From contig NC_058368.1 of assembly GCF_018350175.1 (NCBI RefSeq), positions 208,384,001 through 208,448,000 on the forward strand: a stretch of 64,000 nt of DNA, given 5' to 3'. This document shows, one piece after another, positions 1-12,407 of this stretch. This DNA is from Felis catus (lineage: Eukaryota). The notes beneath the pieces were generated by a model. That model was not told the DNA's origin and searched no databases. It saw only the letters and a program-made list of their open reading frames with translations. A program made the translations under genes and the position numbers. Numbering within the stretch: the stretch's first letter is position 1; every line of letters starts with the position of its first letter.

Positions 1-830
1 TCTAATAAATGGAATGCGAAAGGGAGAAATGGTAGCTTTACAGTGGAGAAAGATGGCAGACACCATTTTCACCAAGTGACCCAGGTTAACATCACCAGTG
101 AGAAGACACGTTGGTATCATTTGTCCCCTGATTTGATTGGATGTGAAGGATAATTCAACCCTCTGGTATTCCTGCCCAAAATGCACAGCCCCAGTCTAAT
201 CATCAGAAAATATTCGACAAACCCCAATCAAGATGACAGTTTCCAAAATAACTGACCAATAGTCTTCAAAAGTGTCAAGGTCATGAAAGACGATGAATCT
301 GTCACAGATTGAATGAGACCAAGGAGATACAACAAAATGCAATGCAATGTGGTACCCTCGATTAGATTCTGGAATAGAAAAAAAGACTGGAAAAGCTGAT
401 AAAATGTGAATTAAGACTGTACTTTAGTTAATAGCATTGTGCTAATGTTAATATCCTAGTTTTGATAGGGGCGCCCGGGTGGCTCAGTTGGTTGGGCGTC
501 CGACTTCGGCTCAGGTCATGATCTCACGGTCCGTGAGTTCGAGCCCCACGTCAGGCTCTGTGCTGACAGCTCAGAGCCTGGAACCTGCTTCAGATTCTGT
601 GTCTCCCTCTCTCTCTCTGCCTCTCCCCCACCCAAGCTCTGTCCCTGTCTCTCTCAAAAATAAATAAGCATTTTAAAAAATTAAAAAAAAAATCCTAGCT
701 TTGATAAATGTACCATGGCAATGTAAGATATTAACGCTGGGAAAAGCTGAGTGACAGATGTACGGAAACTCTATACTCTTGCCACAATTCTTCTAGAAAT
801 CTAAAATTAATCCAAAAACTAAAATTACTG
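1..830 (+). mobile_element. Old L1 3' end (L1MC-like), interrupted by a SINE
   Basis: Motifs typical of L1MC 3' UTRs (ggcagacaccat...ggttaacatcaccagt; tgtaccatgg...gtaagatattaac; ggaaactctatact...tctaaaatta). Confidence 0.75.
468..692 (+). mobile_element. CanSINE (SINEC_Fc-type)
   Basis: ggggcgcccgggtggctcag head, A/B boxes, CT tract, A tail. TSD atcctag(t/c)tttgata at 453-467 and 692-706. Confidence 0.95.
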
Positions 831-2188
831 AAGAAAACAATGTGGATCCTTCCTTTTCATCATAATCCCGCAGGAGACCCTTTTCTCTCAGGCAGGAATT
901 TCACTAGGCAAGGCTCTCTCCCTCCTGGAGCAAGACTGTCTCAGGTCCTGCAAATCAACAACAAAAAGCTGGTATCATCCGTCATTGCCCACTGGTGGTG
1001 ACTGGGCAGCCCTGTAATTCATCGCTCCTTCTCATACTCTCAGGATCAGGTTTCTTTCCTGTCTCCTCCTGCCAGCACGGGCTCCACACCAGATGGCCGT
1101 ACATCTGGCGAAGGGCGTCTAGGCTACACCTGCCTTCGGAAGAGGTTTCCTCCTTTCCCGTGTGCCGGGCTACAATCTGGCCTCTGCAATTTTCAGGATG
1201 GCAGCAAAAAGCATTTTGCCAAACCTTCACCAGGCTCCTTCCTGGTGAAGTCACTGGGTTAGCAGAACATGAAGCTTAATGAACAATGAGCTACATAAGC
1301 ATGTACACGATCACAAAAGGTTTAAAATATCTTGTCCTACAGAGAACAGAGATTAACAGTCATTTAAAAATGGAAAAGGAACCAACTGTATACCTTATCC
1401 CACAATGCTGGAAACGTTAAAGACTGTAGGTTCATAGTTTGGGCATGTGAAAGACGGTAATAGCTGTAATTTAGGAACCACTGTCTCTAAGCCTGACACT
1501 CTTCAGCACTTTATAAGGAGGGTCCCTTCCACCACTGACCCAACTCCATAGGACAGTTTGGGCAAATAGGAAAAAGATTTCATGTCTGTTGGCAGACACA
1601 GACCCCCAGGCTGGGCAAGAGGACCAGACAGAGGATAGAATTTCTGCCCCCAGGCCACTGCACCCTCAACCACTCAAGATTAACAAGGTGATCCCCAGCT
1701 GGATTCCAGAATTCTGCAACTCCTGGCAGCATATAAACGGCCCAACATTATGAAGCTTGTTTTTTTTTGACAGCTCTGCAAGGTAGGTGTTGTTATACCC
1801 ATTTTTAAAAGGAGGAAACTGAGAACAGTCGATTACTGACACATTCAAGACCATAGAAGGAAGAATAGCCAGAATGTGACCCCAGACCTCTTTGGCTCCA
1901 AAAGGGATATTTGCAATCACTCCCAGGATCATGTGATGAAACAGCCATTGTAATGGTGATGGCAACAGATTTACCACAGGGGCAGGGGCTGCTGGCAAAA
2001 ATCCTATCAATTGCATATCTTGCTTATTCTGCTTTTGCACCCAAACAGCAAGTCTTCCCTTGCCCTCTGCCCTTTCTTAGTAACATCCTAAAAAGTAACA
2101 TAAGAAAATGGAAAAATTTTTATTTCCCCAGATTCAGGGTTAGGGACAAACCAACCTAGCAAGTTATTCCTCAATAGAGAAATAGTGG

Positions 2189-2432
2189 TTGGGAGTGCAA
2201 ACTGGTGCAGCCACTCTGGAAAACAGTATGGAGGTGCCTCAAAAAAACTAAAAATAGAATTACCCTATGACCCAGCAATTGCGCTATGAGGTATTTATCC
2301 AAGGGATACAGGTATGCTGTTTTGAAGGGGCACGTGCACCCCAATGTTTATAGCAGCACTATCAACAATAGCCAAAGTATGGAAAGAGCCCAAATGTCCA
2401 TCGATGGATGAATGCATAAAGAAGATGTGGTG

Positions 2433-2466
<34 letters not shown>

Positions 2467-2856
2467 TACACACACAATGGAGTATTACTCTGCAATCAAA
2501 AAGAATGAAATCTTGCCATTTGCAACTACATGGATGGAACTAGAGGGTATTATGCTAAGCGAAATTAGTCAGAGAAAGACAAATATCGTATGACTTCACT
2601 CATATGAGGACTTTAAGATAGAAAACAGATGAACATAAGGGAAGGGAAACAAAAATAATATAAAAACAAGGAGGGGGACAAAACATAAGAGACTCTTAAA
2701 TATGGAGAACAGAGGATTACTGGAGGGGTTGTGGGAGAGGAGATGGGCTAAATGGATAAGGGGCATTAAGGAATCTACTCCTGAAATCATTGTTGTACTA
2801 TATACTAACCAATTTGGATGCAAATTAAAAAATAAATAAATTACATACAAAAAAAA
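2189..2856 (+). mobile_element. 5'-truncated carnivore/felid L1 (ORF2 C-terminus plus 3' UTR and A-rich tail)
   Basis: tgcaaactggtgcagccactctggaaaacagtatggagg..., aaatcttgccatttgca, carnivore-type 3' UTR (gggcattaaggaatctact...aataaa). Contains an internal (TA)n(CA)n at about 2432-2475. Confidence 0.92.
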
Positions 2857-3375
2857 TAGATATACCACATGATGTAGGAATCCCACTTCTGGGTATATAT
2901 CCAAACGAAATGAAAACAGGATAGACATTTACACTCTTATGCTAATTGCAGCATTATTGACAATAGGCAAGATTTGGAAACAACCTCAGTGTCCACCAAT
3001 GTATGAATACATAAAAAAGTATGATTAATTACACCTACACACACAATGGAATATTACTCAGCCTTTAAAAAGGGAAATCTTCTCACTGTGACAACACAGA
3101 TAAATTTGAAGGACATTAAGCTAAGTAAAATAAGCCAGATGCAGAAACAAAAATACTGCATCATCTCACTTATGTGGAATCTAAAACAGTCAAAATTCAT
3201 GTAAGTATAGAGCAGAATGGTGGTTGCCAGGCATGGGGAAAGGGGAAATGGGGAGATGCTGACCAAAGAGTACCAAGCTTCAGTTATGCAAGAGATAAGC
3301 TCACGAGATCTAATGTACAGCATGGTGATTCCATAGGCCTGGAAATCTAAGGTACAGTTAACAACACTGTATTGT

Positions 3376-3611
3376 GGTGGTGCCTGGGTGGGTCGGTTAA
3401 GTGCTGACTCTTGATTTCAGCTCAGGTCATGATCTTATGGACAGGGGTTCAAGCCCTGCATTGGCTTTGCGCTCAGAGTGTGGAACCTGCTTCGGATCCT
3501 CTGTCTCCCTCTTTCTGCCCCTACCCCGCTCACGCTCTCTCTCTCTCTCTCCCTCTTTCACTCTCTCTCTTCCTCAAAAACAAATAAATGTTAAAAAAAA
3601 TTTAAAAAAAC
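3376..3611 (+). mobile_element. CanSINE
   Basis: SINE body, CT tract and A tail. TSD caacactgtattgtg on both sides. Confidence 0.93.
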
Positions 3612-3663
3612 CCAACACTGTATTGTGTAAGTAAAATTTGCTGAGTAAATCTTAAGTGTTCTC

Positions 3664-3664
<1 letters not shown>

Positions 3665-3702
<38 letters not shown>
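3665..3702. repeat. (CA)n microsatellite
   Basis: Directly visible. Confidence 0.95.
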
Positions 3703-3707
<5 letters not shown>

Positions 3708-4324
3708 ATGATAACTATAAGATATAATGGTCTTGTTAATTGGCTTAATTGTGTTAATCATTTCACAATGTGCATTTGTATCAACAACATTATTGTTGTA
3801 TACCTTGAATATATTTACAAGTCTTGTTCCTTTTACTTCAATATAGCTGGAAAAAAGAAAAAAATACTTACATTTACTCATTGGTAGGGTATTTCAAATT
3901 AAAGATAAGTTATTATTTTCTATGCTTTTTAAAAACTAGAATGAGAACATGCAATTGTAGTATAGATATGTATACAAAGTATAGAGAGTAACCTTTTTTC
4001 AAAAATTGTTCTAGAAATGTCAATGAAAAATATACCCTACGACCTCTTAAAACTTCCTTCGTGAATCAATTGTAGAGAAATAAAAGTGCTTTTCTGAAAG
4101 TTAAAAAAAAATAAAAAGAGAGAGAGAGAAAGAAATAGTGGGAGCAGCTGAACTGGACCTCATGTCTCAAGGAGCTTCACAGGGGTAGCAAGGGGCATGT
4201 GGGAACATGGGCTTTGGAAGGCAGGAGAATGTAATGGAACTGAGCCTGCAAGGTAGAGAAGAGGTCAAATCTTTAATAAAAATTGCCAAACTTACAAAAA
4301 GGTGGATGTGGACAATAACAATAG

Positions 4325-4485
4325 AGGAAGTTTTTTGATTGCTTATTATATGTCAGGCACAGTTCCAGAAGCACTGGATGTATTAACCATCAGTCCTCGC
4401 AACAACCCTGTGAATTAGGCACTACTATTTTCCTATCTTAGGAGTGAGGGATCTGAGTGGTTAAGTAGTTATTCCAAGGTGAGGG
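4325..4485 (-). mobile_element. MIR fragment
   Basis: ttattatatgtcaggcacag...caacaaccctgtga...aggcactactatt MIR-type core. Confidence 0.6.
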
Positions 4486-4664
4486 AGATAGACCATGAAT
4501 GGAGGACAACTCCAGAGCCTTGAGGAGAGATACATGGAGTTTTAGTGCCAAATGTAACTCACCAACCAAGCAACCAACCAACCAAGGAACAGGAGGGCCT
4601 CCAAAGACATCTGGGCTAAATTAATCATAAAACAAAAGCAAAAACAAAAATTTCTGGTTTTTAA

Positions 4665-4845
4665 GGACCAGATTCTGTGCTTCAATACCTTCCATATATT
4701 TTCTCATCTAATCTTCACAAAGATCCCCATTTTACAGATGGGAAAAGTGAAGCTGAGAGAGATCAAATAACTTGCCCTAACCACATACTTCGTAAGTGAC
4801 CGCTAGAGGTCTAAGTCAGCTGGAGTCCGGAAGCCAAGCCTTTCA
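4665..4845 (-). mobile_element. MIR fragment
   Basis: ccccattttacagatgggaaaagtgaagct...taacttgccc core. Confidence 0.7.
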
Positions 4846-5459
4846 ATCACTAGGTTTATAGCATTCCCTCTTGTGGGGGATGGTGCTAATACCCTTCCTC
4901 TTCTCTAAAGCTCCTAGTCCCACATCACCTGTGCAGCTCTGTTCCATCAGGAGCAATAAGCTTTTATGGTCAATTAAGAAAATGTAATAGGAGCATCTCA
5001 CAGATAGACTTTGGAAACATAAGATGCTGTTAGTACATATTTGTGGAATGAATGAAGGAAGGTCCAGTATGGTGCTATAACCTGTGAAGACCCTGAAGTT
5101 GCATAAACATTGGCCATGCCTATCAGGACTTATGATATCAATAAGAAGAAAAGATAAACCGAACTGAAGCAATAAAATATGAAGAGTTGTCTACTGTCCA
5201 ACACAGAAAATCATGCCATAGGTAATAGAGAAGAAGGGCTAGGATCACTAAAGACTATAAAATCTAAGTTAGAAAATCAATACCAGTAAATGAGATCTGA
5301 GATATGCAAAGTCACCTTTAAGAGATGGGGCAACAAGACTTAAATGAAGTACAAGGCTAAGAGTCATGCTGGATGCACCTCCGTGGTGTCCTCCTGGCTG
5401 GCGTCCATTTTGATTAGTCAATGTACATATCATCCCAATTGTTAAATATTTTGACTCCT

Positions 5460-5661
5460 GGGCACCTGGGTGGCTCAGTCAGTTGACCATCTGATTTCGG
5501 TTTGGGTCATGATCTCGCGGTTCCTGAGTTCAAGCCCCACGTCGGGCTTGCTGCGGTCAGTGCAGAGCCCGCTTGGATCCTCTGTTCCCCACCTCTCTCT
5601 TTGCCCCTCCCCTGCTCGCACACTCTCTCTCTCAAAAATAAATAAAACATTAAAATGTTTT
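5460..5661 (+). mobile_element. CanSINE
   Basis: TSD taaatattttga(c/t)tcctg at 5443-5460 and 5662-5679. Confidence 0.93.
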
Positions 5662-5679
5662 TAAATATTTTGATTCCTG

Positions 5680-6030
5680 CAATCAGTCAGGATAGGCTAG
5701 GTCATGCTGCTGTAATAAATGACCTCCAAAACACAGTGGCTTCCAACAGCGGGACTGTTTTACCATTCGTTCTACAAAATCACTGAAGGTTGACTGCAAC
5801 TCTGCTCCATGCCATCTCCATGGCGGGGCCCAGGCTAATGGAGTAGCCTCTATCTGGAGCCTAGCGAAACATGTGCTGGCTCTTCAAACTTCTTCCTGGT
5901 AGTGACACATGTCACTCCCACTTACCTTCATTGACCAGAACTAGAGACATGGCTCCTTTATCGTCAACAGGTCTACTATAGTCAACTAGTCAACAGATCA
6001 TCTTTATGGATGAGTAATAGCATTCTACCA
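5680..6030 (-). mobile_element. MLT1-type MaLR LTR fragment
   Basis: tcagtcaggataggctaggtcatgctgctgtaa...cagtggctt resembles the reverse-complemented MLT1 3' end. Confidence 0.65.
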
Positions 6031-6975
6031 AGATGTGAAGAAAGACGCTGTCATTTAGTGGAGAAATGGGTATTCATGTGGAACCCAGAAGCAGGCGACA
6101 GTGGTACCCATCTAGGCTCTGTCCAGGGGAGCCAGTACCTGCGAGGCTTTCACATCCCATCTACATCTCTGGATATCTATCTCCCTTCAACAAATACCAA
6201 TCACTCTGTTCAAGGCCCAAAGATGGGCGAGGAGAGCAAAACTATCAGGCATGTGTAACTATCTACTGCCCATATTCTCCCTTTCACATAATTGTTCTGG
6301 CTCTGCTGGGCTCTCTCTTGAAATAGTGGACTTAAAACACCCTTCAACTATAATTAAAACACCATGGTATTGGCGTAGAAATGGACAAGCAAATCAATAG
6401 AACAGAACAGATAGCCCTAGAATGTATAAAAACTTAATTTATGATAAGAAAGGCATCTTGGATCAATGGGGAATGGAAGAATTATTCAACAGATGACATT
6501 AGGACAGTTGGTTAGCAAATTAGAAGAGAAAATCAATTTCTGGCCTTAATTCATGCCACATACCAACATAACTTTAACTCCAGATGGATTAAAGAATTAG
6601 AGAAATTTACATGTGTAAAGCCATAAAACAAGAAGATTCTCCCCATTCACCCCCACTCACCCCAGCATATTTACTTATAAATTTTTGTTAATAGAAGAAA
6701 TCATACACAAAATAAACAGATTATAAAACTAAAAAAATTTTAAGCATTTCTTCCTGTCAAAACAACAATCAAAGTTAAAATACAGCCTAGGATAAATATT
6801 TATAGACAGAAAAAAAGATTCATATCATTTAGTATATAAAGAACTCATACAAAATACAACAGCAACATTTTATGGTTCATAGAGAAAAATTGACAAGTTA
6901 TTAAAAAAGATAAACTTTAAATACACACCCAGAACAATATTCAAAACTCATGAGTAATTAAAAGAAGGGACACCT

Positions 6976-7190
6976 GGGGCGCCTGGGTGGCTCAGTCGGT
7001 TGAGCGTCCGACTTCGGCTCAGGTCATGATCTCACAGCTCGTGAGTTCGAGCCCCGCGTCAGGCTCTGTACTGACAGCTCAGAGCCTGGAGCCTGCTTCT
7101 GTTTCTGTGTCTCCCTCTCTCTCTGCCCCTAACCCACTCACATTCTGTCTCTGTTTCTGTCAAAAATAAACATTAAAAAAATAAATAAAT
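6976..7190 (+). mobile_element. CanSINE (SINEC_Fc-type)
   Basis: Perfect 16-bp TSD aaaagaagggacacct at 6960-6975 and 7191-7206. Confidence 0.95.
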
Positions 7191-7350
7191 AAAAGAAGGG
7201 ACACCTTATTGCAAAACGAGAGCCACTGCTTACCTATAAACTGAAACAAATTTTTTAAAATGATACCACCCGGATGCCTTTGTATACATTTTGATTGTAG
7301 TTTTACTTGGTGTAACTTTTTTGGAAATTAACTGGGCAATGTATGAGAAC

Positions 7351-7584
7351 TTTTTTTTTAATGTTTAATTTTTTTTATTTTGAGAGAGAAAGAGAGAGAG
7401 GGAGAGAAAGAGAGAGCATGCCAGTAGAGTTAGAACAGAGAGAGACAGAGAGAGAATCCCAAGGAGGCCCCGCACTGTCAGCACAGAGGCAGACTTGGGG
7501 CTCAATCTCACGAGCCGGGGAGATCCTGACCTGAGCCAAAACCAGGAGCTGGATGCCCAACCAAATGAGCCACCCAGGCGCCCC
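7351..7584 (-). mobile_element. CanSINE
   Basis: T tail, GA tract and ...gagccacccaggcgcccc end. Short TSD gaactttt. Confidence 0.93.
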
Positions 7585-8149
7585 ACGAACTTTTAAATAT
7601 ATACTAACATGCCTCGATATTTGTACTTCTCACACTCTATCCCAAGAAATAATCTCTGTTATGGAAAAAAAGGGTTTATGCATACACATGTTTATATCAA
7701 CATATTTATAATACTGAAAACTTAAAAACAACATTAATTCAGAATGTTTAAGTAAATTACAGTAACATATATAATATACATATATTATATATATATATAT
7801 ATATAAAATTGGTAGTCTATCATTATAATGATGCTTGCAAAGTGCTTATAATGACATGGAGAAATGCTTCTGTTATGACACTATGTAAACAAGGCAGTCT
7901 ACAAAATGAATGTATACACAATACAAAATTAGGCAGAGCAAAACCCTGGGAAAAATTCAGCAGAAATTCATTGTAGCTGGCTCAAAGTAATGAATTTTTC
8001 TATTTTCCCATATATTTGAATTTTCTCTAAAGAGCATGTATTACTTTTATAAGAGGAAAATAAGCATCTTAATCATTAATAATAATAATAATAATAACTG
8101 AATGTTGACAGAGTCAGATGTCATGCTGAGGCCTTACAAAATCAAGGCA

Positions 8150-8520
8150 GAAGCGCAACATCTAACATGTATTCAATGCTGGATATGTTCTGATTGATCC
8201 CATAGGTTATCCGGTCATTCGGTGTTACACCCCTATTTTATAGATAAGAACCTGATGCACAGAGAGGTTGAACTACTCTTCCACAATCACACAGCTGGCG
8301 AGCATGGGACAGAGCCAAGATCTGAACCAAAACAGACTGACTGCAGAACCAGTGCTCGTAACTATATAGCGATTGTTGCATTTAGTCACTGCAACAACCT
8401 TGTGGACAACATTTGATAAATGAGAAAACTGAGGTTCTGAGAACGTTAAGTGGCCACAGTTACACGCTTGGCAAGAAAGGAGCCTGAATGTGAACTGAGA
8501 CAATCTGATTCTGGACACAC
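8150..8520 (-). mobile_element. Two adjacent MIR fragments
   Basis: ccctattttatagataagaa...cacagagaggtt and atgagaaaactgaggttctgaga...taagtggcc cores. Confidence 0.6.
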
Positions 8521-9367
8521 ACCCCCCGCCCGGCCTCAACCCTCACTCCTAACCCCCGCACAAACTGCCTTGTCAAATAACCAGTACATATAGCTCCCAC
8601 CCTTTTCTCATTTTCCCTCTGTGCTCCGTTTTCCTCAGTTAAGAAAGTATACTCTCGCCTGCTCAGTGTGTCCACTGCCCAAGACCCTCACTAGTCATCC
8701 CTTCCGTTTTTCAGCCTGTTTTGCGTTCCTTTACTTTCTCAGCATTTGCAGTTCTAAGCTTGCCAACTTTGCTCCACACTTGCGATTTGATAAAGATCTC
8801 TGTAGGGAAGGGAGAGTAAGCATGTTACAATGTTTTGTATTTATTTGTATTTACTTCCATTCTTGCTCCCATCAAAACAAAATACACACCCACACCCACA
8901 CACCAAGACAGGTGGCTGCTGCATACAAGTGTCATTAGTAACCAATCCATCCTCCCAAGTGGGAAAGAGAAAGAAGGTGGGGGGCGGTCAGAGACTAAGC
9001 AAGGGGAGCTGCTGATCCCACATCTGGCCCACCTCTGGAAGCAGTGTCCCCAGTGCTGGCCCCAGCACAAGGCTTTTTGGCACTCTTCGGTTCATGTGAC
9101 CAGATCTCTGTGAGAAAAGGCTTTATTGACCACATTGTTTTAAATGGTGACATGTCAGATAAAATGCCTACAAGATCGAGATCTTAAGGAAGGTCAATGC
9201 CACTACATTTGCAACCTTGTGCTATGCTTGAAAATTACCTGCAAATTCAGGCCCGACGGGTAGATGATAATGGCCCAAATATGTACCCTAAAGCATTAGA
9301 AATAAAAAGACACATTTTTTTTTTCTTTTTAGTAGCTTAAAGTATAACATTCAAAGAGATTCCTAGA

Positions 9368-9595
9368 GGGGCACCTGGGTGGCTCAGTCCGTGAAGCCTC
9401 CAACTTCAGCTCAGGGCATGATTTCACAGCTTGTGAATTTGAGTCCTGTGTCAGGCTCTGTGCTGACAGCTCAGAGCATGGAGCCTGCTTTGGATTCTGT
9501 GTCTCCCTCTCTCTCTGCCTCTCCCCCGCTCATATTTTATCTCTCTCTCTTTCAAAAATAAACAGAAACATTAAAAAAAAAAAAAAAAAACTAAC
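9368..9595 (+). mobile_element. CanSINE (SINEC_Fc-type)
   Basis: TSD caaagagattcctaga at 9352-9367 and 9596-9611. Confidence 0.95.
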
Positions 9596-9689
9596 CAAAG
9601 AGATTCCTAGAGGAGGAAACAATACGAAGATGACAGGAAAGAATACTGAAATTGTACAGGGGTAGCTTCATAAAAAATAAAGAATAATT

Positions 9690-9910
9690 ACAACAGACGC
9701 TTTTTGAGCCCATGTGTGTCACACAGAGTCTGAGTGATTTAACTCAGTAAATTACTTTGTTTAATTGATTGAATCCTCATGATACTCCCATGCAACAGGT
9801 GCTATCATTCCCACTTCACGGATGACGAAACTGGCACACAGTTTAACCTTCAAATGCAGCAGGATTTGAACCCCACCGTGTGACTCCAGAGCCCATAGCT
9901 CTTAACCACT
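9690..9910 (-). mobile_element. MIR
   Basis: aatcctcat...aggtgctatcattccca...ggatttgaaccc...tgactccagagccc...ctcttaaccact. Confidence 0.65.
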
Positions 9911-10364
9911 TTCCTGATGTAAATGAAGCAACCTCAGAGCAAAATGGTGACTTAAATAAAACAAAGAAGGAACAATTACATTGTTTGGGGATTTGGAGAA
10001 AAAAAAGCTAGGAAAGCCTCTGCGGAAGATCACCTAAATCTGTTTAAGCACTTTAATAGACAAGATCAACTTTTGTTCTGGGGATGAAGTACCATCTAGT
10101 GTCCATGCTTTGTGTGCTATCAAGCATTCGGCAGCCCTGGAGGCTCCCAGTGCTATCAGCGACTTGGCATTCCCCGTTGTGGCTTATCTGAGCCGTCTGT
10201 CACTGCTGATGCTGTGGTCTGGCGTTAGGTCCTGCGGTGGCATTTGGTGCTATTGCGGAGATTTGGGTTATTATCATTCATTATGGTAATGGGCAGGCTG
10301 GACTTTACCTGCCCCTAGAGAACTGAATTTACTGTCCTGAAGTGCACTGTGTCCGCTTTTCATC

Positions 10365-10682
10365 CCCACCCCCCTTCACATCATCACTTAGGTGTTTTAT
10401 CATCTCACATCATCACAGGAAGAAGGGTGAGTTCAGTACAGGAAGATATTTTGAGAGAGAGAGAGCACATTCACATAGCCTTTATTACAGTATATTGTTA
10501 TAATTGTTCTTTTTTAATTAGATATTGCTATTAATCTAATTTATAAATAAATCTTATAGGTACATATTATAGGAAAAACACAGTATATATAGGGGTCGGT
10601 CTATGTGCAGTTTCAGCATCCACGGGGGGGGGGGGAGCGTCTTGAAATGTATCCCCCCGGGAATAAAGGGGGGGGATGACTA
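10365..10682 (+). mobile_element. Tigger3-like (TcMar-Tigger) DNA transposon fragment with right terminal repeat
   Basis: atcatctcacatcatcaca...gatattttgagagagagag..cacattcacata...gtatccccc.g..ataa.ggggg..ct matches the recalled Tigger3 end. Confidence 0.75.
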
Positions 10683-10799
10683 GAGTTCTGTTTGCTTATT
10701 TTTGCTTTTGTTGCCCTTGCCTGAGGACACAGATTCCGAAAACATCGCTAAGGCCGATGTCTATGAGCTTACTGCCTCTGTGCTCTTTTCTGAGCGCTA

Positions 10800-11350
10800 C
10801 CTTTAAAAGAAAATCCCACCAGGTTATTTCTCTGCTCTGAACCCTGCCCTGGTTCCTCATTTACTCAGCATAAACCTGCCTCTTGAGACCTTGCGTATCT
10901 GACCCCCTACTGCAGCTCTGCTCTCTCACCTCTTGCCACTCAGCTCCAGCCACCCTGGCCTCCCAATGTTTCTGGAACATGTCAGGCACACCCCCACCCT
11001 AGGACGTTTTTGCGGATTGTACTTTATACCACTAACTCCCCCTCCTTTAACTTTCCAGCCTTCTCAATGTGACCAGCCCGAGCACCCTATTTAAAACGGC
11101 AGCCCTCTCTGGCCCTGCCTAGCGCCCCATATCCTCCTTACCCTCCAGTATTTCTTATTTCCTACACCACTACTAATGTATACTTATATATTTATTTTCA
11201 GGTTATTATTTATTGTCTGCCCCCTCTAGAATATAATCTCCCTGACGGCAGAGATCACTGTCTGCTTTTGCTCGCTGAGGCATCCTATGCACTTCAGACG
11301 GTGAACGGCATACAGCAAGTGCTCAATAAATGTGTATCAAGTGAATTCTA
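10800..11350 (+). mobile_element. L2 3' region
   Basis: ctcagctccagccaccctggcctcc...ggcacacc and terminal gcaagtgctcaataaatg. Confidence 0.75.
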
Positions 11351-11624
11351 TCTAGCACCTTATTGGAGACCAGCCATCAGCATTCAATGCCATAGCCAAG
11401 TCTCACTTGTCACAGTGTCCTGAATTCTGTTCCATCTCACTAGGCTTTAGCTTCTCTATGTAAGCCACATAGTGCATGGATGCTTTAGAAGGAAAGAATC
11501 ACAGGCGGGCATGGGCACACTGTAGAAAAAGACTCCTTTGTGTCACAGTATCGGGCACCTGAACAGGCACAGTCTGGCCTGCACTCATCTATTCTTTCGT
11601 GTTGCGCAATACAGGCAATGACCC

Positions 11625-11875
11625 GGGGGCAGGGGACCAAGAGCACCATCTCTGAACCCTGTCACCTGGGTTTGTGGCCTGCTGCTACCACTCACTAGCT
11701 GTACTTACTGAGGGGAATTTCTTTAACCTTTCTGTACTTCAGTTTTCTCAGTTGACAAATGGGGACAACAGTTGTACCGACATCAAGCATCGTACAAGGA
11801 TTAAATCAGCTAATACAAGGTAAGAAACGTAAAACAATGCTTAGATATAATAAACATTGAATAATTTTAGCTAAT
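11625..11875 (+). mobile_element. MIR
   Basis: cactcactagctgt...ttaacctttctgtacttcagttttctca...aaatggggac core. Confidence 0.65.
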
Positions 11876-12034
11876 ATTGGTAAAGAATGTATTTATAGTT
11901 TATATTTATAGTTATTTGGGTAATTTAATGGAAATCTTAATTTTATATTCATAGGCACTCAAATAGTTATATAATAGTATTCAATATATAGTAGAGGACT
12001 TCATACCATCTCAAAACCCCACACATGAGCTTTT

Positions 12035-12117
12035 ATTTTTTTTTCCAACTTTTTATTTGAAATCCAGCTAGTTAACATACAGTGCGATATTAGTTTCAGG
12101 TGTAGAATTCAGTGACA
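12035..12117 (-). mobile_element. Extremely 5'-truncated carnivore L1 (about 85 bp of 3' UTR plus tail)
   Basis: tagttaacatacagtg..atattagtttcaggtgtagaatt is the reverse complement of a carnivore L1 3' terminus. TSD acac(a/t)tgagctttt at 12021-12034 and 12118-12131. Confidence 0.8.
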
Positions 12118-12407
12118 ACACTTGAGCTTTTGTAAGTGATTAATAGCCCCAGGATGGTCCCAAGATAGGGGCCTGTGACCGTGTGGGCTCATTAGGACTC
12201 AGCAAGTAAGCTATTTGTAAAGCACCTGCTAGCGGGGAGCAACAGGAAGGTGCAAGAAGCAGGGGTGTTTTACATCTCTCCTAATTGAAGAGCCCTGAAA
12301 GCGAGTGGTTGGGAAATTATCTCTAAAGATGACTCCAACATTGCTCAGATACGGCCGGAGTCACAGTCAATTAAAATGGAAGGCTTTACTAATGCCAATT
12401 GCTGTAC

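Larger units (their letters stand above)
2857..3860 (+). mobile_element. Older L1 3' end (L1MA-like) with nested SINE and (CA)n
   Basis: Diverged second copy of the L1 3' motifs (aatcccacttctggg, gcagcattatt, gatctaatgtacagcatggtga, cttaagtgttctca). Confidence 0.8.
6340..8060 (+). mobile_element. Ancient L1 (L1ME-like) ORF2/3' remnants, interrupted by two SINEs
   Basis: attaaaacaccatggtattggc...aatagaacagaa...caatgggga...attattcaacagatg are decayed ORF2 motifs with A-rich strand bias. Confidence 0.65.

Noticed and set aside
468..560. Pol III A/B boxes as tRNA genes
   Set aside because: These are tRNA-derived SINE heads followed by CT tracts and A tails, not cloverleaf tRNAs.
2189..2600. Functional L1 ORF2
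   Set aside because: Only the C-terminal fragment is present, and it is interrupted by a microsatellite.
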